A stretch of DNA of 64,000 nt from Eledone cirrhosa (taxonomy: Eukaryota). The notes under the pieces are model-generated. The model saw only the letters and a list, made by a program, of their open reading frames with translations, had not been told where the DNA came from and searched no databases. Below are positions 12,775 to 27,227 of the stretch, piece by piece. The translations under genes were made by a program, and so were the position numbers. The stretch is from positions 26,722,001 to 26,786,000 of the forward strand of contig OZ024763.1 in NCBI GenBank assembly GCA_964016885.1, in the 5' to 3' direction. Position 1 is the first letter of the stretch, and each line of letters begins with the position of its first letter.

Positions 12775-12922
12775 TAGCAGAGTCGTTAGAACATCGGATA
12801 GAATGCTTTATTGTATTTGTTCCCGCTCTCTGCTTTCTGTGTTCAAATCCTGCCGAGGTCAACTTTGCCTTTCATTCTTTCGAGGTCGATAAATAAAGTA
12901 TCAGTCTAATATTGGGTCGATT
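12775..12922 (+). mobile_element. SINE family 1, diverged subfamily
   Basis: GTTCAAATCC B-box plus GAGGTCAACTTTGCCTTTCATTCTTTCGAGGTCGATAAA core. Confidence 0.85.
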
Positions 12923-12969
12923 ATTGTTCTATGTCTCTTTCTCATTTCCATTCTCTCTCTCTCTCTCTA

Positions 12970-13652
12970 TCACCACCACCACCACTACACCACCACCATC
13001 ACTACCACTACACCACCACCACCACTACAGCACCACCACCACTACATCACCACTACACCGCCACCACCACTACACCACCACCACCACTACAGCACCACCA
13101 CATCACCACTACACCGCCACCACCACCACTACAGCACCACCACCACTACATCACTACAGCACCACCACCACTACATCACCACTACAGCACCACCACCACT
13201 ACATCACTACAGCACCACTACCACTACAGCACCACCACCAGTACACCGCCACCACCACCACTACAGCACCACCACCACTACATCACTACAGCACCACCAC
13301 CACTACATCACCACCACCACCACCACCACCACTACAGCACCACCACCACCACCACTACAGCACCACCACCACCACCACCACCACTACAGCACCACCGCCA
13401 CCACCACCACTACATCACCACCACCACCACCACCACTACAGCACCACCACCACCACCACTACAGCACCACCGCCACCACCACCACTACATCACCACCACC
13501 ACCACCACCACCACTACAGCACCACTACAGCACCACCACTACAGCACCACCACCACCACCACCACTACAGCACCACTACAGCACCACTACAGCACCACCA
13601 CTACAGCACCACCACCACCACCACCACTACAGCACCACCGCCACCACCACCA
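12970..13652. repeat. (CAC)n-based minisatellite with ACTACAGC spacers
   Basis: Read directly. Confidence 0.95.
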
Positions 13653-14061
13653 CATACACACATACCGAATGACTGAAATGCAACGTTGAACTTCGTTGGA
13701 TTTGAACTCAGAATTCAAAGATCTGGAACAAATAGTTCAGCCCCACCCCACCACCAGTATTTACCCCACCCACCACTAGTATCCCCCCCCAGCAGTATTT
13801 ACCCCACCCAACGTCTGCCATCTAATTCCCTACATTAAATAAATTGGTACATTTAATCTCTCTCTCCTCTCCCTCTTTCTTCTCTCTCCCCTTTTCTCTC
13901 ACACTGTCTCTCTTCTCTCTCTCTCTTTCTCACTTTCTCTCTCCCCTCTCACTCTCTCTCCCTTTTATTCTCTTTCCTTTTCATTCTCCCTTTCTCGCAC
14001 TCCCTCTCTCTTCTCTCTCCCTCTTTTCTCTCTTTCCACGTCTTCCTTTCTCTCACCCTGT

Positions 14062-14127
<66 letters not shown>

Positions 14128-14149
14128 TATCACAAAATAGCGGTTGGGC

Positions 14150-14973
14150 TGGTGTTGGTGATGTTGGTGGTGTTGGTGGTAGTGTTGGTGGTGATGGTGT
14201 TGTTGTTGGTGGTAGTGTTCGTGTTATTATTGTTGTTGTTGGGGTGGTGTTGGTGATGTTGGTGTTGTTGGTGGTAGTGTTGGTGGTATTGTTGTTGTTG
14301 TTGTTGGTGGTGATGTTGGTGTTGGAGGTGTTTGTGCTGTTGTTGTTAGTGATAGAGGTGATGTTGGTGGTGTTGGTCGTGTTGTTGGTGATGGTGTTGG
14401 TGGTGGAGTTGGTGGTGTTAATGTTGTTGGTAGTGATGTTGTTGTTGTTGTTGGTGGTGATGGTGTTGGTGGTGGTGTTGTTGGAGGTGGTGGTGTTGGT
14501 GGTGGTTGTGGTGGTGATGGTGTTGGTGATGGAGGTAGTGTTGGTGGTGGTGTTGTTGGTGGTGGTGTTGTTGGAGGTGTTGGTGTTGGTGGTGGTTGTG
14601 GTGGTGATGGTGTTGGTGATGGAGGTAGTGTTGGTGGTGGTGTTGTTGGTGGTGGTGTTGTTGGAGGTGTTGGTGTTGGTGGTGGTTGTGGTGGTGATGG
14701 TGTTGGTGATGGAAGTAGTGTTGGTGGTGGTGTTGTTGGTGGTGGTGTTGTTGGAGGTGTTGGTGGTGGTGGTGGTGGTGATGGTGTTGGTGATGGAGGT
14801 AGTGTTGGTGGTGGTGTTGTGGGTGGTGGTGTTGTTGGAGGTGGTGGTGGTGATGGTGTTGGTGATGGAGGTAGTGTTGGTGGTGGTGTTGTGGGTGGTG
14901 GTGGTGGTGGTGGTGGTGGTGGTGATGGTGGTGGTGATGGTGTTGGTGATGGAGGTAGTGTTGGTGGTGGTGG
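14150..14973. repeat. (GGT/GTT)n compound repeat with a roughly 90-bp higher-order period
   Basis: GTGATGGAGGTAGTGTTGG recurs at regular spacing. Confidence 0.9.
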
Positions 14974-15454
14974 AATATAGTTTTCTGAAATACCATGTGC
15001 ATGAATGTTGTTTGGGTTATTAAAAATGGCGAAACATCTGGTGAGCAGACGATATTTGGTTAGAGGCGGAAGAATGAGAGAAAGAAAGGACTAGAGAGAG
15101 AGGGGGAAGAGTGAGGGAGATATAAAGAGAGGGGGTGGGGCATGAGGGGAGGGAAGAAGGTGGGAGAGGAGGGAGATTTAACGTGAGGGGAGGGGAGAGG
15201 GGGAAGAGAGAAAGAAAGGACATGGAGAGTGCGGGAGAGATAAAGAGAGGGGGTGGCATGAGGGGAGGGAAGAGGTGGGCAGAGAGTAACAAAGGACTAG
15301 AGAGAGAGGGGGTAGTGAGGGAGATATTAAGAGAAGGGGAGGCATGAGGGGAGGGGAGGGGAGGGATTCGGGTTAAACAGAATAATTTTGTATAAATATC
15401 GCCACGAATACGTATGTATGTGTGTATCTGTGTGTATACATGTATCTACACATG

Positions 15455-15507
<53 letters not shown>

Positions 15508-15660
15508 ATACATGTGTAGATATATTATATATATATATACACATATATATATATACACATATATATATACACATATATATATATATATGTATATGTAAAA
15601 AAAAATATATATATATATATGTATATATATATATGTATGTATATATATGTGTGTGTGTAA

Positions 15661-15745
<85 letters not shown>

Positions 15746-16049
15746 TAAAGCACTAGATAAATATCCCTTTTGCTTATATATATATATATAAACGATATAT
15801 AAACGATATATATATATATATATATAGCGACGATGTTGGGGGTGTTAGAAACTAATACAATAGCCCCTCTATTCATAAGAAAGAGACTTTATTTTAGTTT
15901 TTTAACCTTTCCCATTCCCTTCATATAAAAACAAAACTGTGATAGCGATACTTTATGTTGTCTGGGAATTGTTTTTCACGAAAATACCTTTTACATTAGT
16001 CTCGCAATGAATAACAACAATAACAACAATAACAACGATAACAACGAAA

Positions 16050-16466
16050 ATAATGGTTTCGTATATAGGCACAAGGCCAGCAATTTTGGGGGAAGGCAAA
16101 GTCGATTAAATTTGACCCTAGTGCGTGACTGGTACTTTATTTTATCGACCCCGTAAGGATGAACGGTAAAGTTAACCTTGGAAGGATTTGAACTCCGAAC
16201 GTAAAGGGCCGTAACTCTATGCATCAAGCATGGCGTCTGACCTTCTACCGATTATTGCCAATCCTAATAATAATTGTTTCTACTTTTGGCACAAGGCCAG
16301 CAATTATCCCAGTGTGTTACTGGTACTTTATTTTATCGACTCCCATAAATAAGGATGAAAGGCAAAGTTAACCTCGGAAGGATTTGAACTCTGAACGTAA
16401 AGGGCGTAACTCTATGCTCCAAAGCATGGCGTCCGACTCTCTACGGATACTGCCAATCCACCGCCC
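16050..16466 (-). mobile_element. Two tandem SINE family 1 copies (16050-16263 and 16270-16466)
   Basis: Same head and core as 4026-4212; followed by a folded-back tail fragment at 16473-16568. Confidence 0.9.
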
Positions 16467-16582
16467 TATATAATAATTGTTTCTACTTTTGTCACAAGGC
16501 TAGTAATTTGGGTGGAGGGGTAAGTCCCCTTCCCTTCAAATTACCTGCCTTGTGCCCAAAACAAATAATTACTACTACTACT

Positions 16583-16614
<32 letters not shown>

Positions 16615-17189
16615 AAATAATAAAAAAAAAAATAATAATAATTACATCTAAAAAAAACCTAACCAAGTTCAACACAAGATTCGTTTTAGAAAAAGTAAAA
16701 ATAAATAAATAATATAAAATAAAATAAAAATAAAATAAAATAAAATAAAATAAAAATAAGATAAAAAATAAAACAGGGGTCGTGTAGTTGTTTTTCTGTA
16801 ACCCTGTTTCTTTTTTGGTTTTATCCTCCCCCTTCTTTTCTCTATATATATTCAAATATTTCCTCCTCCACCCGCCCCCTCCCCGCTCAGCTACTCCTGT
16901 CTCGTCCGCCATTAACATACTGCACTTATCGTCTGCTTCCTCCCAAATACTTCGTCCTTCTTCTTTCTTCTTCTAAGTCTCAGTTCGATCCCCTCTTTCT
17001 CCCGCCCTTCCATCGTCGTCATCGTCGTCCATTTCCCCTCCCCTCGTCCCGTCCCCGACTCTACCCCGACCCCCGAATATTATCAGCATTGCTTCCTCCC
17101 CGATTCCCCTCCCCGATTCTCCTCCCCGAGCCCCCAACTCGATCTCCACCACCCCGACCCCAACCCTGATATTATCATTATTGTTAGAT

Positions 17190-17405
17190 GGCGGTGTATT
17201 GGCAGTATCGGTAGAGGGTCGGGCACCATGTTTTGCAGTATAGAGTTATGGCCCTTTGCGTCCTGAGTTCAAATCCCGTCGAGGTTAGCTTTGCCTGTCA
17301 TCCTTACGGGGTCAATAAAACGAAGTACCAGTAACGCACTGGCGTCGATTTAACCGACTTTCCCCTCCCCCAAATTGTTGGCCTTGTGTCGAAATGAGAA
17401 ACCAT
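17190..17405 (+). mobile_element. SINE family 1
   Basis: GGCGGTGTATTGGCAGTATCGG head, GTTCAAATCC, core and GGCCTTGTG tail. Confidence 0.9.
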
Positions 17406-17424
17406 TGTTGTTATATGGCGGAGT

Positions 17425-20400
17425 GGAGGCGTATGGCTTTGTGACTAGGGGTATTTGGCTTGCAATCGGAAGGTCATGAGTTTGATTACCGGCGCTGCGT
17501 TGTGTCCTTGAACAAGACACTCTATTCCACGTTGCTCCAGTCCACTGTGTCCTTGAGCAAGACACTCTATTCCACGTTGCTCCAGTCCACTGTGTCCTTG
17601 AGCAAGACACTCTATTCCACGTTGCTCCAGTCCACTATGTCCTTGAGCAAGACACTTTATTCCACGTTGCTCCAGTCCACTGTGTCCTTGAGCAAGACAT
17701 TCTATTCCACGTTGCTCCAGTCCACTATGTCCTTGAGCAAGACACTTTATTCCACGTTGCTCCAGTCCACTGTGTCCTTGAACAAGACACTTTATTTCAC
17801 GTTGCTCCAGTCCACTATGTCCTTGAACAAGACACTTTATTTCACGTTGCTCCAGTCCACTGTATCCTTGAACAAGACACTTTATTTCACGTTGCTCCAG
17901 TCCACTATGTCCTTGAGCAAGACACTTTATTTCAAGTTGCTCCAGTCCACTATGTCCTTGAACAAGACACTTTATTTCACGTTGCTCCAGTCCACTGTAT
18001 CCTTGAACAAGACACTTTATTTCACGTTGCTCCAGTCCACTGTATCCTTGAACAAGACACTTTATTTCACGTTGCTCCAGTCCACTATGTCCTTGAGCAA
18101 GACACTTTATTTCACGTTGCTCCAGTCCACTGTGTCCTTGAGCAAGACACTTTATTCCACGTTGCTCCAGTCCACTGTGTCCTTGAGCAAGACACTTTAT
18201 TCCACGTTGCTCCAGTCCACTGTGTCCTTGAGCAAGACACTTTATTTCACGTTGCTCCAGTCCACTGTGTCCTTGAGCAAGACACTTTATTCCACGTTGC
18301 TCCAGTCCACTGTGTCCTTGAGCAAGACACTTTATTTCACGTTGCTCCAGTCCACTGTGTCCTTGAGCAAGACACTTTATTCCACGTTGCTCCAGTCCAC
18401 TGTGTCCTTGAGCAAGACACTTTATTTCACGTTGCTCCAGTCCACTGTGTCCTTGAGCAAGACACTTTATTCCACGTTGCTCCAGTCCACCGTGTCCTTG
18501 AGCAAGACACTTTATTCCACGTTGCTCCAGTCCACTGTATCCTTGAGCAAGACACTCTATTTCACGTTGCTCCAGTCCACTGTGTCCTTGAGCAAGACAC
18601 TTTATTCCACGTTGCTCCAGTCCACCGTGTCCTTGAGCAAGACACTTTATTCCACGTTGCTCCAGTCCACTGTGTCCTTGAGCAAGACATTTTATTTCAC
18701 GTTGCTCCAGTCCACTGTGTCCTTGAGCAAGACACTCTATTCCACGTTGCTCCAGTCCACTGTGTCCTTGAGCAAGACACTCTATTCCACGTTGCTCCAG
18801 TCCACTGTGTCCTTGAGCAAGACACTTTATTTCACGTTGCTCCAGTCCACTGTGTCCTTGAGCAAGACACTTTATTTCACGTTGCTCCAGTCCACTGTGT
18901 CCTTGAGCAAGACACTTTATTTCACGTTGCTCCAGTCCACTGTGTCCTTGAGCAAGACACTTTATTCCACGTTGCTCCAGTCCACTGTGTCCTTGAGCAA
19001 GACACTTTATTCCACGTTGCTCCAGTCCACTGTGTCCTTGAGCAAGACACTTTATTTCACGTTGCTCCAGTCCACTGTGTCCTTGAGCAAGACACTTTAT
19101 TCCACGTTGCTCCAGTCCACTGTGTCCTTGAGCAAGACACTTTATTTCACGTTGCTCCAGTCCACTGTGTCCTTGAGCAAGACACTTTATTCCACGTTGC
19201 TCCAGTCCACCGTGTCCTTGAGCAAGACACTTTATTTCACGTTGCTCCAGTCCACTGTATCCTTGAGCAAGACACTCTATTTCACGTTGCTCCAGTCCAC
19301 TGTGTCCTTGAGCAAGACACTCTATTCCACGTTGCTCCAGTCCACTATGTCCTTGAGCAAGACACTTTATTCCACGTTGCTCCAGTCCACTGTGTTTGAG
19401 CAAGACACTTTATTTCACGTTGCTCCAGTCCACTATGTCCTTGAACAAGACACTTTATTTCACGTTGCTCCAGTCCACTGTATCCTTGAACAAGACACTT
19501 TATTTCACGTTGCTCCAGTCCACTATGTCCTTGAGCAAGACACTTTATTTCACGTTGCTCCAGTCCACTGTGTCCTTGAGCAAGACACTTTATTCCACGT
19601 TGCTCCAGTCCACTGTGTCCTTGAGCAAGACACTTTATTCCACGTTGCTCCAGTCCACTGTGTCCTTGAGCAAGACACTTTATTTCACGTTGCTCCAGTC
19701 CACTGTGTCCTTGAGCAAGACACTTTATTCCACGTTGCTCCAGTCCACTGTGTCCTTGAGCAAGACACTTTATTTCACGTTGCTCCAGTCCACTGTGTCC
19801 TTGAGCAAGACACTTTATTCCACGTTGCTCCAGTCCACCGTGTCCTTGAGCAAGACACTTTATTCCACGTTGCTCCAGTCCACTGTATCCTTGAGCAAGA
19901 CACTCTATTTCACGTTGCTCCAGTCCACTGTGTCCTTGAGCAAGACACTTTATTCCACGTTGCTCCAGTCCACCGTGTCCTTGAGCAAGACACTTTATTC
20001 CACGTTGCTCCAGTCCACTGTGTCCTTGAGCAAGACATTTTATTTCACGTTGCTCCAGTCCACTGTGTCCTTGAGCAAGACACTCTATTCCACGTTGCTC
20101 CAGTCCACTGTGTCCTTGAGCAAGACACTCTATTCCACGTTGCTCCAGTCCACTGTGTCCTTGAGCAAGACACTTTATTTCACGTTGCTCCAGTCCACTG
20201 TGTCCTTGAGCAAGACACTTTATTTCACGTTGCTCCAGTCCACTGTGTCCTTGAGCAAGACACTTTATTTCACGTTCCTCCAGTCCACTGTGTCCTTGAG
20301 CAAGACACTCTATTCCACGTTGCTCCAGTCCACTATGTCCTTGAGCAAGACACTTTATTCCACGTTGCTCCAGTCCACTGTGTCCTTGAGCAAGACACTT

Positions 20401-22268
20401 TATTTCACGTTGCTCCAGTCCACTGTGTCCTTGAGCAAGACACTCTATTTCACGTTGCTCCAGTCCACTGTGTCCTTGAGCAAGACACTTTATTCCACGT
20501 TGCTCCAGTCCACTGTGTCCTTGAGCAAGACACTTTATTTCACGTTGCTCCAGTCCACTGTGTCCTTGAGCAAGACACTTTATTTCACGTTGCTCCAGTC
20601 CACTGTGTCCTTCAGCAAGACACTTTATTTCACGTTGCTCCAGTCCACTGTGTCCTTGAGCAAGACACTTTATTCCACGTTGCTCCAGTCCACTGTGTCC
20701 TTGAGCAAGACACTTTATTTCACGTTGCTCCAGTCCACTGTGTCCTTGAGCAAGCCACTCTATTTCACGTTGCTCCAGTCCACTGTGTCCTTGAGCAAGA
20801 CACTTTATTCCACGTTGCTCCAGTCCACCGTATCCTTGAGCAAGACACTTTATTCCACGTTGCTCCAGTCCACTGTATCCTTGAGCAAGACACTCTATTT
20901 CACGTTGCTCCAGTCCACTGTGTCCTTGAGCAAGACACTCTATTTCACGTTGCTCCAGTCCACTGTGTCCTTGAGCAAGACACTTTATTTCACGTTGCTC
21001 CAGTCCACTGTGTCCTTGAGCAAGACACTTATTTCACGTTGCTCCAGTTCACTGTGACCTTGAGCAAGACACTTTATTTCACGTTGCTCCAGTCCACTGT
21101 GTCCTTGAGCAAGACACTTTATTCCACGTTGCTCCAGTCCACTGTGTCCTTGAGCAAGACACTTTATTTCATGTTGCTCCAGTCCACTGTGTCCTTGAGC
21201 AAGACACTTTATTTCACGTTGCTCCAGTCCACTGTGTCCTTGAGCAAGACACTTTATTTCACGTTGCTCCAGTCCACTGTGTCCTTGAGCAAGACACTTT
21301 ATTTCACGTTGCTCCAGTTCACTGTCCATGAGCAAGACACTTTATTTCACGTTGCTCCAGTCCACTGTCCTTGAGCAAGACACTTTATTTCACGTTGCTC
21401 CAGTCCACTGTGTCCTTGAGCAAGACACTTTATTTCACGTTGCTCCAGTTCACTGTCCTTGAGCAAGACACTTTATTTCACGTTGCTCCAGTCCACTGTC
21501 CTTGAGCAAGACACTTTATTTCACGTTGCTCCAGTCTACTGTGTCCTTGAGCAAGACACTTTATTTCACGTTGCTCCAGTCCACTGTGACCTTGAGCAAG
21601 ACACTTTATTTCACGTTGCTCCAGTCTACTGTGTCCTTGAGCAAGACACTTTATTTCACGTTGCTCCAGTCCACTGTGTCCTTGAGCAAGACACTTTATT
21701 CCACGTTGCTCCAGTCCACTGTGTCCTTGAGCAAGACACTTTATTTCACGTTGCTCCAGTCCACTGTGTCCTTGAGCAAGACACTTTATTTCACGTTGCT
21801 CCAGTCCACTATGTCCTTGAGCAAGACACTTTATTTCACGTTGCTCCAGTTCACTGTCCTTGAGCAAGACACTTTATTTCACGTTGCTCCAGTCCACTGT
21901 CCTTGAGCAAGACACTTTATTTCACGTTGCTCCAGTCCACTGTGATCTTGAGCAAGACACTTTATTTCACGTTGCTCCAGTCTACTGTGTCCTTGAGCAA
22001 GACACTTTATTCCACGTTGCTCCATCCACTGTATCCTTGAGCAAGACACTTTATTCCACGTTGCTCCAGTCCACTCAGCTGGCAAAAGAAAATGTAATTC
22101 AAAGGGATCAGCCGTGTCTGTGTCGTGCTGAGTCTCCCTGAGAACTACGTTAAGGGTACGCGTGTCTGTGGAATGCTCAGCCACTTGCACGTTAATTTCA
22201 CGAGTAGGTTGGCTGCTCGGTTGATTGGATTAACTGGAACACTCGTCGTCGTAGCCGACGGAGTGCCA
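17425..22268 (+). mobile_element. Single tRNA-derived SINE (family 2) inflated by an internal tandem array
   Basis: tRNA-like head 17425-17501 with degenerate A/B boxes runs into the first unit; the last unit runs into the unique tail CAGCTGGCAAAA...CCGACGGAGTGCC at 22076-22268. Confidence 0.8.
17502..22075. repeat. 45-bp tandem array, about 102 units: GTGTCCTTGAGCAAGACACTTTATTTCACGTTGCTCCAGTCCACT
   Basis: Read directly; 4574 bp / 45; a few 43-44 bp units, mostly near the right end. Confidence 0.99.
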
Positions 22269-22461
22269 CAGATGGCAGAGCGGACGGGATGGACAGGTGG
22301 ACGAGATGGACAGATGGACTGATAGATATAGGACAAATTGACTTCATACATAAATGTAAATAGTTACAGACGAATACACCAACACACCAACGTAGATAAA
22401 GAAAATATATATCTAAAATTAGATTTGTTTCATCCATGAGAAAAAAAAGTATTCACCTACA

Positions 22462-22614
<153 letters not shown>

Positions 22615-23139
22615 AATAATGGAGCTGCGGCGTTGCAAATGGGTTACATATGAAAAAGTAAGTCCTTCATCAGTGGCCTTCCAACCGTCCTAGGCATTTC
22701 ATCGCTTTAAAGGCCATATACCTCAGGTTGGTGCGAACAACGGCTAAAAAAAGTCGTTGGGACACGTAAATAAAGGGGACGCTAGCGTGAACAAACAAAA
22801 TGGTTTAAGCAACAGAAAGTGAGAAGAAAGAGACAAGTCCCAGATTTCTATGAATATAAACTCGGTGAAATCGTGAACGAGAGAATAAAGACCATCAAAC
22901 CTGGTTGAAATGTGAGCAAGGAAGGAATTTCGCACAGGTCTAACGGGGGGAAGAAGGGGTCTGGTCTGCGAATTCGGTAAACATAAGTTCTGTACGTCAA
23001 TACTCATCTTTTTCCATTTCTCCGAGGGTTCTTCAGGCTAAATCATTTCTTTAATTTCTTTAGTCAAAATACGGCGATAGCTAACATTTCTAATAATTTC
23101 AAAACCACTCGCTGTTTCGAAAATATTCTATATATATAT

Positions 23140-23347
23140 TAGGAAAAGAGGCAGGACCCGACGGCTGAGCGCCGGCCGTTTCGACAGCTAGATCCGAACT
23201 TCGGATCTAGCTGTCGAAACGGCCGGAGCTCAGCCTTCGGGGTCCTGATTCTTTTCCTATTACCCACTCTACTACCCTAAGTGTCGAGCACTCGAGTACT
23301 CTGGTGTGTTATGATCCACCTGGTTCCCTACCATATTTTCTTTGTTA
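23140..23347 (+). mobile_element. Asymmetric hairpin element, subfamily B
   Basis: Arms fold around CTAGATCCGAA-C-TTCGGATCTAG; tail homologous to family A; TA flanks. Confidence 0.88.
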
Positions 23348-23553
23348 TATATCAATATATTTGTTTTGCAAGGTTGTGTGACGAAATAACTTTGATAGAC
23401 TATATATATATATGTTTATATCTGTATTTTTAACCGTTGGTCAATCAATGATAAACATTGATTGCCAGATAAATTAACTATGGAGATATAGAATATACAG
23501 AAGCAAAAACCAACCCAAACCAAACAGTGAGAGTGTTCTGTTATTATTTCTGG

Positions 23554-23655
23554 TCGCCGAGGTTAATTTTGCCTGTCATCCTTACGGGGTCGATAAAATA
23601 AAGTACCAGTAATGCACTGGGGTAATTGTTGGCGTCGTGCCAAAAGTAGAAACAA
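23554..23655 (+). mobile_element. 5'-truncated SINE family 1 inserted into a family E repeat
   Basis: TTATTTCTGG lies on both sides (TSD); removing the insert restores the sequence seen at 7960-8110. Confidence 0.85.
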
Positions 23656-24112
23656 TTATTTCTGGCAATATTATAACATTATGACCCTCCCCAAATATAA
23701 CAATATATATATATATACAAATCAGTCTCTCTCTGTCTCTCTATCTATCTATCTATCTATCTCACACACTCTCTCCCTATCTCTCTCATTCTATCTATAT
23801 ATTTATCTATCCATCTCTGTTACCCTCTCTCTATCTATCCACCTCTGTCTCTCTATCCAACTCTCTCACCCCTCTTTTTCTCTATCTATCCATCTCTCTC
23901 TCTCCCTCTCTAGCCACCAATCTCTCTCCCCCTCCCCCCCCCCCCCCCCTCTCGTTGTTTACAATGTGTCGTCTGTTGTGTTTATCAAGGAAGGGGAAAA
24001 GACGAGATGAGACAGTTTAGTGATTCACTCCTAGTTCAGACAACAACACATTGACCTTACTGTGGTGACCTAGATATCTCGGAAAACATTCCTGTTTGAT
24101 CCGCCATCTTAT

Positions 24113-24868
24113 GTTTAGAACATGGTGTGTTATGGTGTGTTGTGTTGTGTTGGGAACGCGGTGTGTTGTGTTCTGTTGTGTTGGGGATATGGTGTCTTGT
24201 GGTGTGTTGTGTTTAGAACATGGTGTGTTGTGCTGTGTTGTGTTGGGAACATGGTGTCTTGTGGTGTGTTGTGTTTAGAACATGGTATGTTGTGCTGTGT
24301 TGTGTTGTGTTGTGTTGTGTTGGGAACATGGTGTCTTGTGGTGTGTTGTGTTGAGAACATGGTGTCTTGTGGTGTGTTGTGTTTAGAACATGGTGTGTTG
24401 TGTTGGGAACATGGTGTCTTGTGGTGTGTTGTGTTTAGAACATGGTATGTTGTGCTGTGTTGTGTTGTGTTGGGAACATGGTGTCTTGTGGTGTGTTGTG
24501 TTGAGAACATGGTGTCTTGTGGTGTGTTGTGTTTAGAACATGGTATGTTGTGCTGTGTTGTGTTGTGTTGTGTTGTGTTGGGAACATGGTGTCTTGTTAT
24601 CTGTTGTGTTGAGAACATGGTGTCTTGTGGTGTGTTGTGTTTAGAACATGGTGTGTTGTGTTGTGTTGTGATGAGAACATGGTGTTTTGTGTTGGGAACA
24701 TGGTATCTTGTGGTGTGTTGTGTTGAGAACATGGTGTGTCATGCTGTGTTGTGTTGGAACATGGTGTCTTATGGTGTCTTGTGCTATGTTGTGCTGGGAA
24801 CATGGTGTCTTGTGCTATGTTGTGTTGGAACATGGTGTCTTGTGGTGTGTTGTGCTGTGTCGTGTTGT
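24113..24868. repeat. (TGTGT)n minisatellite punctuated by GAACATGG
   Basis: Read directly. Confidence 0.95.
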
Positions 24869-25018
24869 CAGAGAAGTAGTAGCTCTACCTGGAGTGACTC
24901 CTTGATCTCCGAGCTACAGATCTATCCAGGGATTCTTTCCTGAGACTTTCTAACCACATGACCATAATATCGGAACTGTGATCTCTCAATTCGGAGAAGT
25001 AGTGGCTCCACCTGGAGC
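24869..25018 (-). mobile_element. Second locus of the 123-bp RTE-derived repeat, about 1.2 units
   Basis: Homologous to the unit at 4625-4780, including the unit-to-unit junction. Confidence 0.85.
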
Positions 25019-25216
25019 CGAATAATTCCCTATTTCAATTAATGAAGAATTTTGAAGGATTTATTAAAATTATTAATTATTTCATTACTAAGAGAAGATA
25101 GTAACTCATCTAAAATTATGTTGGAAGATTTTAATTTAAATAGGGACCTTTTAAAATAGGTGGTTTTGTTTCATAGAACCAGAACTTTTTGTCCGGGTGT
25201 GTATTAAGAGGGTTAA

Positions 25217-25436
25217 CCCATTAGCATTTAAACAGGCCGTATCCGGCCAGAATTCTCTCACTTTTTTCTGTTCAAACTGGTCATAACCGGCTGCTCATAC
25301 TGACATTAAGGTATTGTTCTCAAAATAAATAACATCAAAATCTGGTACATTCGATATTGTGTGAGATAATTATGTAAGATAAAGCCTTTAGCATAAAAAA
25401 CAATAGTAAATATAGAGTAATGTAAATGCTAAAGGG
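25217..25436. mobile_element. piggyBac-type MITE
   Basis: TTAA|CCCATTAGCATTTA...TAAATGCTAAAGGG|TTAA. Confidence 0.85.
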
Positions 25437-25785
25437 TTAATGAAGTGTTTTGAAGTATTTATTTAGATTATTAAAAGAAATGGTTCTTATATATAATTAT
25501 GTTGGAAGAATTAAATTTCAGTAGGAACCCTATAAAATGGGGGTGGGGGTTGTTTCATAGAACTAGAGCTGGTTTTGGGTGGGTTGGTATAAAAAGTGGA
25601 GAAAACTTGATCAAAACTAAACAACTACCACAACTACTACCACTGCTACTGCTGCTGCTGCTGCTACTACTACTACCCCCCTACTACCACTACCCCTCCC
25701 CCACCCCTACTACCACCACTACACTACTACCACCACTACTACCACCACCACCACTACCACCACTACTACTACCACCACCAGCACC

Positions 25786-25862
<77 letters not shown>

Positions 25863-26124
25863 CACTACCGCCGCCGCCACCACCACCACCACCACTACTA
25901 CTACTACTAGAACAAGAGGAAACACTTTGTGTTTTGGAAATTCCCCAGAAAATCTGTTAAAATTATTACAAGATGGAGTCGAATCTAAAATAGCTTTTTG
26001 CACTTTAAGAATCTAAACCGATGGCTACGGGCCAGCAACTACATCAGTTGTGTATATGTGTGTAGTATATATATCTGTATGTGTGAGTGCGTGTGTGCGT
26101 GTGTGCGTGTTTGCAAAGTATATA

Positions 26125-26161
<37 letters not shown>

Positions 26162-26290
26162 TGTGTGTGTGTGTATGTGTATATGTATATATATATATGT
26201 GTGTATATATACACACATATATATGTATGTATATATTTACACACACATATACATATACATATATGTATATATGTATATAAACACACACAT

Positions 26291-26404
<114 letters not shown>

Positions 26405-26507
26405 TACATTGCTATGGCATGTCAACTGAGAAAAATGATGGGGGTGTTGGATGGGGGGGGGTATATCTGTATTTCCTGCCTGTCTAAGGATTACCAATGG
26501 GAGAGAT

Positions 26508-26608
<101 letters not shown>

Positions 26609-26763
26609 TAGGGAGATAGATAGAGAGAGTTGGGTGTTGGCTGGCGACGGAATGAGAGGAATTTGTATATAGATAGAACACTGTATATGGAGATACCTGT
26701 GTGTGTGTGTGTGTATTTATGTGTTTATATATATATATATGTCTATGTATATGTGTGTTTGTA

Positions 26764-26814
<51 letters not shown>

Positions 26815-26893
26815 CATAGATATATATAATACATAGATATATATAATACATAGATATATACATACACCCTCATACACTGTTATCAACAGTGAA

Positions 26894-26971
<78 letters not shown>

Positions 26972-27145
26972 AAAAAATGAAACGAAATTTAATTTCTCAC
27001 TCTTAGTACGGCTGTTACTTAAATATATGTATGTATACGTACGTCTGTATACATGTATGTATGTACGTATACATACTTATATATATATATATATATATAC
27101 ATTTATATGCATATATACATATATATGTGTGTGTGTATGCGTGCG

Positions 27146-27227
<82 letters not shown>

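Noticed and set aside
17445-21906. Very long ORFs (1304, 652 and 553 aa) with 15-aa repeats
   Set aside because: They result from a 45-bp unit lacking stops in several frames on both strands; frameshifts swap the peptide; the unit is SINE-derived.
17502-22075. CRISPR-like array
   Set aside because: Units are contiguous with no unique spacers; eukaryotic context and no cas genes.
22660-22680. CTGATGA on the minus strand, and CTGAAGA at 5574, as hammerheads
   Set aside because: No properly placed stem II plus GAAA and stem I partner found.
22690-23120. Possible coding exon on the minus strand (MSIDVQNL...)
   Set aside because: Upstream in-frame stop, no recognisable motif or splice sites; more likely an unclassified repeat.
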